Shown here piece by piece: positions 32,577-40,820 of a DNA stretch of 53,059 nucleotides. A program made the translations under genes and the position numbers. Source of the DNA: Candidatus Doudnabacteria bacterium (GTDB taxonomy: Bacteria > Patescibacteriota > Doudnabacteria > UBA920); contig CAIVSE010000033.1 of assembly GCA_903908535.1 (NCBI GenBank), positions 1 to 53,059 of the forward strand. The letters run 5' to 3'. How positions within the stretch are numbered: the stretch's first letter is position 1; every line of letters begins with the position of its first letter. A model generated the notes under the pieces. It was not told the DNA's origin and searched no databases. It saw only the letters and a list, made by a program, of their open reading frames with translations.

Positions 32577-32682
32577 TTCATTAATAAGTATCATTTTCAG
32601 GCTAAATTTGTTTTGCATATTTTATGTTAATTTTTTTTTTGAATTTACAAACATCCTTTATTTTTTTAAAGTTTTTAACATG

Positions 32683-33063
32683 CTAATCACCCCACAACTT
32701 ATGGTGCGGGGAATTATCAGCAGCGCTTTCTGAATTAGCAGCCACTAGCGGGTTTGGTCCATATTCATTAGTACCATTAACCCCTTTTTGGGCTAGAAGC
32801 AAAATTCCCAAATAAAGACCATACAATGGCACTAATAATAACCAGAAATGCCAGCTACGCCTCCCTAGGTCATGAAGTCTTTTGACTGTGATAAAAGAGA
32901 ATAAAAAAGCTAAAAATATTTGGACTATAAAAATTAAAAACAAATTTGCATGAGAGTCATAGTTTTTCCAAGTATCCATAAATTCTAAAATAATGGAGAA
33001 CCCTATTGCTGCCCAGATATAGGGTGCGCGATTTATACGTCCTTGGTAATTCAAATATTTCAT
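32683..33063 (-). CDS. DUF805-family inner membrane protein
   Basis: It has GRINRAPYIW, VKRLHDLGRRSWHFWLLLVP and the C-terminal GTNEYGPNP. Confidence 0.85.
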   Translation of the reverse strand: MKYLNYQGRINRAPYIWAAIGFSIILEFMDTWKNYDSHANLFLIFIVQIFLAFLFSFITVKRLHDLGRRSWHFWLLLVPLYGLYLGILLLAQKGVNGTNEYGPNPLVAANSESAADNSPHHKLWGD

Positions 33064-33221
33064 GGTTTTTGTTACTACTTATTTATGCCCCTATTATACC
33101 ATATCTGTAAAAAGCTGGCTTATTTTCTATGTTTTGGTGACCAACTTTATTAAATTGAGCCGTAATTGTTTCCTTTCATTTTTTGCCTTTTCATGCTAAA
33201 TTAAGTACATAAACAACAGCT

Positions 33222-33683
33222 ATGAAATACCTCAAAACCCTCAAAATCGAACTGGTAAAAGGCGAGTATAAAAACCCCATTAAAGGGCAGGTGAAGGAAC
33301 CGAGCCAGATTTATGATGTCTTTAAAAAGATTAAGGACAAGGCACAGGAAACCTTAATCGGGGTATATTTAGCTAACGATTTACAGGTAAATGCCTATGA
33401 CGTGTTGAGTTTAGGCTCGTCCACGGAAACCGATGTTTCCCCGGATGAAGTATTCAGCCGCGCTGTTATTACCCGCTCACCTTACATTATCCTTATCCAT
33501 AACCATCCGTCCGGCAACGCCAAACCGTCCCCGGATGACTTGAAAGTAATGAAATCGCTGCAAGCAGGAGCAAGAGCCCTTAAAAAGACCTTACTGGATT
33601 TTATTATTGTGGCCGACGAGAGTTATTGGAGCATGTTCGAAGAAATGGATGGCGGGGAGTACGCTTTGGGGCCAATTGAGTAA
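33222..33683 (+). CDS. RadC-like JAB/MPN domain protein
   Basis: The JAMM-like motif ILIHNHPSGNAKPSPDD is present. Confidence 0.85.
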   Translation: MKYLKTLKIELVKGEYKNPIKGQVKEPSQIYDVFKKIKDKAQETLIGVYLANDLQVNAYDVLSLGSSTETDVSPDEVFSRAVITRSPYIILIHNHPSGNAKPSPDDLKVMKSLQAGARALKKTLLDFIIVADESYWSMFEEMDGGEYALGPIE

Positions 33684-33816
33684 TTTTTAAAGTTATCCAC
33701 AAAATCCACAGGCCGTTCAATTTTTTACCCTGTGATATAATAAATTTACTTGCAAAACAAACAAATTTGTAACGAAACAAAAACAGCTAACGTCTTATAG
33801 GTTGGGGGAAGTAACC

Positions 33817-33844
33817 TTGACAAACGTTAAAAACCAGCTAAAAT
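33817..33844 (+). promoter_or_regulatory. Sigma70-like promoter (TTGACA-16 nt-TAAAAT)
   Basis: Read directly from the sequence. It lies 74 nt upstream of the 33918 start, and the leader contains the hairpin AAAGCCGC.AACCCC-TAATTTGT-GGGGTT....GCGGCTTT (33871-33909). Confidence 0.55.
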
Positions 33845-33917
33845 GTTAAGACATCCAAATTAATCAACAAAGCCGCAAACCCCTAATTTGTGGGGTTACC
33901 AGCGGCTTTAAATATAT

Positions 33918-34244
33918 ATGCCTACAAAATCCGCTTCCATTAGAGCCATTGAACTGACCAGGGCCGTGTTTGAATCTATACACGGTAATTTAGGGTTGTT
34001 AAAATTTTCCGTGGAAGAACTAATTCCGACAAATGGTAGTAATGGGGAAGAATCCAAAAAGTGGGACATTATTTGCAGTTTTTTTGAAACTCTGGGTAGC
34101 ACTTCACCCTCACGTTATAAGGCGTCTGTAAATTTAAACGATAATACCATTACGATTAAAAAATTAAGCGGCGAAGCAGCCGCGCCGGAACAAAAATTTA
34201 CCGTTAAACCCGTTGACGAAAATCCAAACCCCGAACCAAAATAA
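33918..34244 (+). CDS. Hypothetical protein (108 aa), upstream partner of the PIN-like gene
   Basis: Its stop codon directly abuts the next ATG (TAAATG). No family was recognised. Confidence 0.6.
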   Translation: MPTKSASIRAIELTRAVFESIHGNLGLLKFSVEELIPTNGSNGEESKKWDIICSFFETLGSTSPSRYKASVNLNDNTITIKKLSGEAAAPEQKFTVKPVDENPNPEPK

Positions 34245-34796
34245 ATGTTTTTAAACTTAGCGGAGCACGAATACGATAGAGACATAACCCCATTCTTGAG
34301 AAATGGGGTTATTATTGATACGGTGGTAATTTTGGATATTATTTACGGATTGGTTGAGACGCGGATTAGCAGGAAAAAACTATCAGAATTGCCCGATTAC
34401 AAAAGGTTACTGGATTTTTTTGATCGGCTAAAATTGACCAACCAATGGAATAAGTTTTATATTACGCCCCACATTTTGACCGAGGTCTGTAGACATGTGC
34501 GGGACACTTATTGCAAGTGGCAGAACTACAAAGAAATTATAGCAACCGTTTTGCCGATTATGGAATATATGGGCGAAAAACAAATAAGTAAAAATGACTT
34601 TTTAAAGCGAATAGAACTAAAAAACCCCATTATTGAAGCCGGGGATATTTCAATTTACGTAAGCGCGGACGATTTGCTTAATAAAAAGCAAAAAGTTGCC
34701 ATTTTGTCCCGCGACCATGCCTTGAATAAGCAGTATCAGGATATTCCAAATGTTATGGTGATGGATTATCAGAGCATCATTTTAAATAGCCTTTAA
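34245..34796 (+). CDS. PIN-like domain protein (putative nuclease)
   Basis: Four spaced acidic positions occur in PIN-like contexts: VIIDTVVILD, ITPHILTEV, EAGDISIYVSA and ILSRDHAL. The assignment was made by eye. Confidence 0.5.
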   Translation: MFLNLAEHEYDRDITPFLRNGVIIDTVVILDIIYGLVETRISRKKLSELPDYKRLLDFFDRLKLTNQWNKFYITPHILTEVCRHVRDTYCKWQNYKEIIATVLPIMEYMGEKQISKNDFLKRIELKNPIIEAGDISIYVSADDLLNKKQKVAILSRDHALNKQYQDIPNVMVMDYQSIILNSL

Positions 34797-34928
34797 AGTT
34801 ATCCACTTTACAGGATTTTAATTATGGTGTAACTTGTAAATAAGTTCATTAACAAGGTAATACTTTTCCTCACCCGCAACCCTCACCATTTGCGTAAAGT
34901 AACAACACGCTCACTAAGGGTTTTTTTA

Positions 34929-35156
34929 ATGTCTAAATTCTCAAAAGAATTAATGGCGCGGTGCCAAAAGTATTTTGCCAGTAAATACCGCATTGAATTA
35001 ACCTCGGAACAAGCCGGGGTTTTTTTAGATTCTTTGGGAGACCTGTATTTACTGGTGGTAAACAAGGGGGATAGGCGGCGGGCCGGCAGCGCCAGCCCAA
35101 GCGGCGCGCCGGCCGCCGCCTGTGTCCCCGTTACACTTGATATAACTAATACTTAA
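34929..35156 (+). CDS. Small hypothetical protein; its 3' third is encoded by a GC-rich palindrome
   Basis: The ORF starts MSKFSKELMARCQKYF. Its tail GDRRRAGSASPSGAPAAACVPV is translated from the 35066-35130 hairpin, so the true end is uncertain. Confidence 0.4.
   Translation: MSKFSKELMARCQKYFASKYRIELTSEQAGVFLDSLGDLYLLVVNKGDRRRAGSASPSGAPAAACVPVTLDITNT
35066..35130. repeat. 65-nt GC-rich imperfect palindrome
   Basis: GGGGATAGGCGGCGGGCCGGC-AGCGCCAGCCCAAGCGGCGC-GCCGGCCGCCGCCTGTGTCCCC. Confidence 0.8.
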
Positions 35157-35167
35157 GAAGAAAATAA

Positions 35168-35197
35168 TTACAATTTAAAAACTTTTAGGTGTATAAT
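35168..35197 (+). promoter_or_regulatory. Candidate promoter of the recombinase gene (TTACAA-18 nt-TGTATAAT)
   Basis: The extended -10 ends 13 nt before the ATG at 35211. Confidence 0.45.
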
Positions 35198-35210
35198 GGT
35201 TTAAAAGTTT

Positions 35211-36731
35211 ATGAACAATTCTCCAAAAAACATTCTCTATCTGCGTAAGTCCAGTGAAGCCGAAGACCGGCAGGCTTTGTCTTTGGAATCACAGGCTAGT
35301 GAACTTAATGCTTTGGCCGTTAAGCTAAATATTAGCATTGACCAAACTTTTCAGGAAAGTAAATCTGCTAAAGCTATTGGCCGTCCGCAGTTTAACGAAA
35401 TGATAGCTTTTATTAAAGCCAATCCCTGTAGCAAAATTTTAGTATGGAAACTGGACCGGCTGGCCAGAAACTTTAGGGACGGCGGTGAAATTATTAGCCT
35501 ATTGCAGGAAAGTATTATCGCGGAAATAATTACTCCTTTTGGCAGCTACTACCCACATGATAACGTTTTAACTTTAGCTGTTGAGTTTGGCACGGCTAAT
35601 CAGTTTATAAGAAATTTGTCGGAAGACATTAAGCGCGGAAACAAAACCAAACTGGAAAAAGGGGAATTGCCCGGACCGGCGCCTTTGGGATATTTGGATA
35701 ATCCACTGACCAAATTAAAAACCATCGATCCCGTTAAAGGCAAATTTATCCAAAAGGCTTTTGAGTTATATTCGGATGGTACTTATTCCTTGAGAATGAT
35801 TAACAATTATTTATTTGAAAAAGGTTTTAAAACCAGAGGCGGCCTTAGCTTAAGCAAAGCCATGCTCCATAAAATTTTGCAGAACCCTTTTTATTACGGT
35901 ATGATGAGGCGGGCTGGCCAGCTGTACCCCGGCAAGCACGAAGCTTTAATCACAAAAGAATTATTTGATATTTGCCAAGACATCCTTTCCGGCAAGTCGC
36001 GCCCCCGAAAGCAAAAACATTTCTTCCCCCTTAGAGGTTTTATGACTTGCGCCAATTGTGGCTGCGCTTTAACTTCTGCCACCAAAAAAGGCCATGCTTA
36101 TTATTACTGCACAAACGGCAAGGGTAATTGTGAGCAGCATAAGACCTATTTACGAGACAAATTGGTGGACGGTTTAGTGGCTAATGTTTTAGGAGAAATT
36201 AAATTTGACGCGGAAGCTATTGAATTAGCTTATCTTGCGGCTAAAGAAATAATCCAAAGTCGTGGCAGTTTGAATCATTCCCAAAAATCTAAACTTAGCC
36301 AAGAGCTAAAAACTGCCCAAAGCAAACTCTACAACTTAGTGGACATTGTTTCCTCTGACCCAAGTATGAAAGAATCGCTGAAGCCTAAAATTTTATCTCT
36401 GGAGGCCGATGTAAAATCCATCCTTAACCAAATAGCCCGGTTTGAAGCAGCACCGCAACAAGACCCATTAATTACTTTGGAACTAACAAAAAAGACCTTT
36501 TTACAGGCCTGTTCTGCGTCTTTGGACTACTTAAATGCTGATGGTTTAAAACAATTTGAAATGCTAAAAAAGTTACTTTGGAACCTTAGCGTTAAAGACA
36601 AGAATGTGCAATGTTTTAAGCTCAAACAGCCCTATCAACTTATGGCCGAAGCGCCAAAAAACATGAATTTAGAACAATGGTGCCGCGGGAGGGACTTGAA
36701 CCCTCACGGCCTTGCGGCCATACGCACCTGA
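35211..36731 (+). CDS. Large serine recombinase (resolvase/invertase N-domain, recombinase domain and zinc ribbon)
   Basis: The catalytic Ser region reads ILYLRKSSEAEDRQALSLESQ. It also has KLDRLARN and a Cys cluster CANCGCALTS..YYYCTNGKGNC. The last 54 nt are antisense to tRNA-Leu. Confidence 0.9.
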   Translation: MNNSPKNILYLRKSSEAEDRQALSLESQASELNALAVKLNISIDQTFQESKSAKAIGRPQFNEMIAFIKANPCSKILVWKLDRLARNFRDGGEIISLLQESIIAEIITPFGSYYPHDNVLTLAVEFGTANQFIRNLSEDIKRGNKTKLEKGELPGPAPLGYLDNPLTKLKTIDPVKGKFIQKAFELYSDGTYSLRMINNYLFEKGFKTRGGLSLSKAMLHKILQNPFYYGMMRRAGQLYPGKHEALITKELFDICQDILSGKSRPRKQKHFFPLRGFMTCANCGCALTSATKKGHAYYYCTNGKGNCEQHKTYLRDKLVDGLVANVLGEIKFDAEAIELAYLAAKEIIQSRGSLNHSQKSKLSQELKTAQSKLYNLVDIVSSDPSMKESLKPKILSLEADVKSILNQIARFEAAPQQDPLITLELTKKTFLQACSASLDYLNADGLKQFEMLKKLLWNLSVKDKNVQCFKLKQPYQLMAEAPKNMNLEQWCRGRDLNPHGLAAIRT

Positions 36732-36764
36732 AGCGTACGTGTATGCCAATTCCACCACCGCGGC
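36678..36764 (-). tRNA. tRNA-Leu (anticodon CAG), CCA encoded
   Basis: The reverse complement is GCCGCGGTGGTGGAATTGGCATACACGTACGCTTCAGGTGCGTATGGCCGCAAGGCCGTGAGGGTTCAAGTCCCTCCCGCGGCACCA. It has a perfect 7-bp acceptor stem, the loop TTCAGGT and a long variable arm. Confidence 0.9.
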
Positions 36765-36810
36765 TTGTTCAAACTTTAAACTACCTTGGTTATTATAATC
36801 TATTTTTTGC

Positions 36811-38448
36811 CTATTTCCAAACCCTTTTAGTCAGTATGTACCAATTGGCCGCATTTTCAAAACGGTCGCTTTCATCATACAGAATATTTAAATTGACGTT
36901 TTTAACCTGGATGCTTACCGCGTACTGGTAGAGGCTTTGGTTTAAATACAGCACGGGGTTTTGTTGGCTGATATAATTGTTTAACTGTTCATATAGGGCT
37001 TCGCGCGCGTCTGTGTTAGTGGTGGCGCGGGCCTGGTTAATGAGTTTGTCCGCATTTTGGTCGGCAAATCCGGTAAGGTTAAGCCCCGGGTCTTTCACCT
37101 GGCTGGATTGCCAAAAACTGAACGGGTCAGGGTCCGCGCCCAGCTTAATGGGGAAAATTAATGTGTCGAACTTGCGCGGGCGGATTAAATTATTGGTTAA
37201 ATCCTGGGTCGGCAAAATGGTTAAATCCACCTCCACGCCCAGGGCCCGCCAGCTGTTGGCTATTGCCTGCGCGGTTTGGGAATTAACCAAAGTATCGTTG
37301 GTGGCCAGCGAGAGTTTGAGCTGTGTACCTTTTTTGGTAAGGATTTTAGTATTTGGGTCAATGCTCCAGCCGTCTTGTGCCAAAGCCGCGGCGGCGGCGC
37401 TTGGGCTGTAACTTACGGCCTGGCCCGGCACGCCGTACGGCGCCAGGGTAAACGGCGCGCCCGGCAAGCGGGCATTGCCTTTAAAAATGCTGTCAATAAT
37501 GCTTTGGCGGTCCACGTCTTGGTTTAAGGCCCCGCGCACCGAGGCATCGGCCAAAACCGGATTGTTAAAATTGTAAAATAAAGTTTGGTATTCCGGCAGG
37601 GGGGCGGTTAAAATTTGCGTGTTTTTATTGGGTGTAAGACGCAGGCTGCTGGCCGTGGCACTAAAGCCCAGGCCTAAAATTTCGCGGCTATGCAGGGCGT
37701 TAACCAGGTCATCGCCGTTGTCATAAAATTTAACGGAAATGCTGTTTATTTTAGGCTGGCCGGCGTAGTAGCCGGCGAAGGCCTGGAGGGTAATCTGGTC
37801 AATTTTGCCGCTTTGTTCCTTTTGGATTTCACTGATTTTGTAAGGGCCGGTGCCCACGGCCTGCAGGTTATTGGTGGAGGTTAAAAAGTTTTGCGGACTG
37901 ACGTTTTGCCAGAGGTTTTTGGAAATTATGGGGATGGTCAGGTTGTAGATAAACGGCCCGGAAATGTCCTTGGTGGTAAACTTTATCTGGTAGTCGCCGA
38001 GTTTTTGCACGGTGGTGGACAGCCACAGGTCCCGCTGGGGGCTGGCGTAGTCCGGATCCTGCAGGGTCTCTATGGTGTAAACCACGTCGTCCGCGGTGAA
38101 CGGCTGGCCGTTCTGCCAGGTGACGTTTTGTTTTAAGTTGATGATATATTGTTTTTGGTCGTCGGATATTTGCGGCATGCCTTGGGCCAGGTCCGGGACC
38201 AGTTGCCCATTGCCATCATATTTATAGAGGCCGCTGAAAATTAAGTTCTCCAGGGCGAGGTCAGTTTCACTGCCGGCCAGCAGGGGATTAATGTACTGCG
38301 GCTGGCCCATCAGGCCTTCACTGTAACTGCCACCATTTCCGGGCACCGCTAAGGTGCGGGCCATATAGAAATTTCGGCCGGACCACAGCAGACTGACCGC
38401 TAAAATTGCCAGCAGGCCGCCGGCAATAATTTTTTCTCGCCGCCCCAT
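36811..38448 (-). CDS. ABC transporter substrate-binding protein, family 5 (peptide/nickel type), orphan
   Basis: The start was chosen at MGRREKIIAGGLLAILAV, which gives a signal anchor. SBP_bac_5-like regions run throughout. The longer ORF would overlap secG. Confidence 0.8.
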   Translation of the reverse strand: MGRREKIIAGGLLAILAVSLLWSGRNFYMARTLAVPGNGGSYSEGLMGQPQYINPLLAGSETDLALENLIFSGLYKYDGNGQLVPDLAQGMPQISDDQKQYIINLKQNVTWQNGQPFTADDVVYTIETLQDPDYASPQRDLWLSTTVQKLGDYQIKFTTKDISGPFIYNLTIPIISKNLWQNVSPQNFLTSTNNLQAVGTGPYKISEIQKEQSGKIDQITLQAFAGYYAGQPKINSISVKFYDNGDDLVNALHSREILGLGFSATASSLRLTPNKNTQILTAPLPEYQTLFYNFNNPVLADASVRGALNQDVDRQSIIDSIFKGNARLPGAPFTLAPYGVPGQAVSYSPSAAAAALAQDGWSIDPNTKILTKKGTQLKLSLATNDTLVNSQTAQAIANSWRALGVEVDLTILPTQDLTNNLIRPRKFDTLIFPIKLGADPDPFSFWQSSQVKDPGLNLTGFADQNADKLINQARATTNTDAREALYEQLNNYISQQNPVLYLNQSLYQYAVSIQVKNVNLNILYDESDRFENAANWYILTKRVWK

Positions 38449-38542
38449 TAAAGAAAAAACTTTCCCTAAGTGGGAAAGGCGGAAATGTTTGACGGACTCC
38501 AAATATGAGGTAAAATTTTTGAAAAAAGCAGACACTAAAAAT

Positions 38543-38767
38543 TTACTTAATGAACAAAAAGGACATATTAACCGCCACAAACAGGATTCCTAAAACAATG
38601 GTTGCGTAAAACAGCCATTTTTCGAAGCCGCGGCGGGTTTGCACAATGTTGCCGGCGCCGCCAAACACGGTGGACAGGCCGGAAGACTTATTCTGTAAAG
38701 ATATGATGATAATCAAAATCACCATAATGATGATATCCAGGAAGCGGAACAGGGCTAAAAGGTTCAT
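38543..38767 (-). CDS. secG: Preprotein translocase subunit SecG
   Basis: The 74-aa product has two TM helices and the motif LQNKSSGLSTVFGG. Confidence 0.85.
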   Translation of the reverse strand: MNLLALFRFLDIIIMVILIIIISLQNKSSGLSTVFGGAGNIVQTRRGFEKWLFYATIVLGILFVAVNMSFLFIK

Positions 38768-38843
38768 GGCTTTGAGAGAGGAATAATGATAGGGTCTTAA
38801 CTATTATACAGAAGATGCAGGGGGATTGTCAATATGGATGGTT

Positions 38844-40739
38844 TTACAAATTTTGTTGGATTAATTCCGCAATGCGTTCGCCCACCACTGCGGAAAGCCT
38901 GTCAAACGGCGTGGTCTTAATTTTGGCCACCGTGCCGAATTTTTGCTTCAGCAGTTTTTTGGTTTTGGGGCCAATGCCGGGGATGTTATCCAGGGCGGAT
39001 TTTACCGCTTGTTTTGACCTTAATTGGCGATGGAAAGTTATGCCAAAACGGTGAGCCTCGTCGCGCAGCCTTTGCAACAGTTGCAGGCCGGGATTGTCGT
39101 GCGGTAACACAAGCGGCTCGGGATTTCCGGGAAAGAAAATCTCCTCTATGCGTTTGGCCAAGCCGACTACAGGAAGCTTAAAATTTTTATCCTTTAAAAG
39201 ATCAACCGCGACTCCCAACTGTCCCTTGCCGCCGTCTATAACCATAAGGTCGGGGAGCGGCCAAAGAGACTTTTGATTTCCGCCTTCGCCAAGGCTATGG
39301 CGGACAGGTAAGATTTTTGATTTATCAGACCTTGCCAGCCGCCGCGCCAGCATCTCCTTCATCATGGCAAAATCATCAGGAGTTTGTTGGCCCTGGATTT
39401 TAAATTTCCGGTATTGGCTCTTGGCGGGCAGCCCTTGTTCAAACACCACCATGCTCCCAACCGGATTCGTCCCCTGGATATTGGAAATATCATAGCATTC
39501 TATGCGGTCCGGGGTTTTTGGCAGGTTCAGCTGATTTTTTAGTTCCGACAGGGCTTCATTAATTTTATCCAGATGGCCAGCCTGTGAAGAAAGCCAGTTT
39601 TTTAAATATTCCTCCGCGTTGGCCATGCCCAGCTTTTCCAGTTCCAGCGGCTTGCCTTTTTTCGGGCAAATAATTTGGATTTTTTTCTTAAATCTTTGGC
39701 GCGCGATTTGTTCTATTAACTGCGGGTTAAGACAGGGTGTTTGGGTGTAAATAATTTTGGGCAGGCCGGAGCTTTCTAAATAGTATTGTTCCAAAAAGTT
39801 CTGGATAATTTGGCATCCGTAGGCATCCGTATATCCGTACTCCATCCGTATATCCGCATTATATATAAAGTTTTCCTTGTCCTGCAATTTGCCGCGGCGG
39901 ATTTTAAATAAATTAACACAGGCGTAACCGTCCGAAGCCGCGGTGGAGACTATATCCCAGTCCACGGGTTTGGGTAAAATGGCGTTTTGGCGTTCGTCCA
40001 GTAAAGTCAGGGTCTGCAATTGGTCGCGCAGGCGGGCCGCGGTTTCAAAGTGTTTTTTTTGGGCGCAGAGCTTCATCCCTGTTTTTAGTTCCCGCCTGAT
40101 TTTGGCGGTATTGCCCGCCAAAAACCAGGAGATGCGGTCCAGTTGCAGTTGGTATTCTTCCAGGGAAATTTTGCCGATGCACACGCCCGGACAGCGGTGG
40201 AGATAATAGTAAAAGCAGGGGCGCGTGCCCACGGTTTTATTGGCGCAAAAAGGGAAAATTTTTCGCACTAAATTCAGGGTGCTGCGGATTTTGTGGGCCG
40301 CGGAATACGGTCCGAAAAATTTGTTTTTGGGGTTTTCCGCGTCGGTCTTCCGCGCGTAACCAATTTGCGGAATTTGAGTGGAGTAGTCTATTTTAATGAA
40401 GGCAAAATTTTTGTCGTCGCGCAGTAAAATATTGTACCGGGGAAGGTATTTTTTTATTAAAGTATTTTCCAAAAACAGGCTTTCCAGTTCGCTGGCCGCC
40501 ACAGTGTAGGTAACGTCCGCGGCTTCCCGCATCAAATAGGGGAGCTGGGGGCGGTCGTCATGCCCGCTAAAATACTGGCCCACGCGCGACTTTAAATTTT
40601 TGGCCTTGCCTACGTAAATAACCTCACCGTCTTTGTTCAAAAATTGGTAGACGCCGGGGAGCGCGGGAAGAGTGGAAATTTTAGATTTAAGTTTTTTATC
40701 AAACATATTATTTTTAACGATGTAGGCGAGTCTTCCCAT
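38844..40739 (-). CDS. uvrC: Excinuclease ABC subunit C
   Basis: It has a GIY-YIG domain (PGVYQFLNKDGEVIYVGKAKNLKSRV), UVR and endonuclease domains, and a C-terminal (HhH)2 region. An alternative start is at 40706. Confidence 0.92.
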   Translation of the reverse strand: MGRLAYIVKNNMFDKKLKSKISTLPALPGVYQFLNKDGEVIYVGKAKNLKSRVGQYFSGHDDRPQLPYLMREAADVTYTVAASELESLFLENTLIKKYLPRYNILLRDDKNFAFIKIDYSTQIPQIGYARKTDAENPKNKFFGPYSAAHKIRSTLNLVRKIFPFCANKTVGTRPCFYYYLHRCPGVCIGKISLEEYQLQLDRISWFLAGNTAKIRRELKTGMKLCAQKKHFETAARLRDQLQTLTLLDERQNAILPKPVDWDIVSTAASDGYACVNLFKIRRGKLQDKENFIYNADIRMEYGYTDAYGCQIIQNFLEQYYLESSGLPKIIYTQTPCLNPQLIEQIARQRFKKKIQIICPKKGKPLELEKLGMANAEEYLKNWLSSQAGHLDKINEALSELKNQLNLPKTPDRIECYDISNIQGTNPVGSMVVFEQGLPAKSQYRKFKIQGQQTPDDFAMMKEMLARRLARSDKSKILPVRHSLGEGGNQKSLWPLPDLMVIDGGKGQLGVAVDLLKDKNFKLPVVGLAKRIEEIFFPGNPEPLVLPHDNPGLQLLQRLRDEAHRFGITFHRQLRSKQAVKSALDNIPGIGPKTKKLLKQKFGTVAKIKTTPFDRLSAVVGERIAELIQQNL

Positions 40740-40820
40740 TAGTATATATTATATAGCCTTTTTTAGGACTTGCCAAAAAATGGTTTTTAGTGTATAATAT
40801 AAAAGTACAGGAGGAATACA

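Larger units (their letters stand above)
31094..36764. mobile_element. Putative integrated element/genomic island ending at tRNA-Leu (left boundary uncertain)
   Basis: The stretch groups hicBA, IS200, DUF805, RadC-like, PIN-like and large serine recombinase genes next to a tRNA gene. No terminal repeat was identified. Confidence 0.4.

Noticed and set aside
30843-33221. Direct repeat of the tRNA-Leu 3' end marking the left end (attL) of the island
   Set aside because: No copy of GGGACTTGAACCC or the adjacent tRNA sequence was found by eye. A serine-recombinase element need not have one, so the boundary is left open.
39815-39858. Five ATCCG(T/C)A words in 44 nt, resembling a tandem repeat
   Set aside because: The words lie inside the uvrC coding frame (..NADIRMEYGYTDAYGCQ..), have irregular spacing (8-11 nt) and cause no frame disruption. 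This is most simply a coding-sequence coincidence or a small in-frame insertion.
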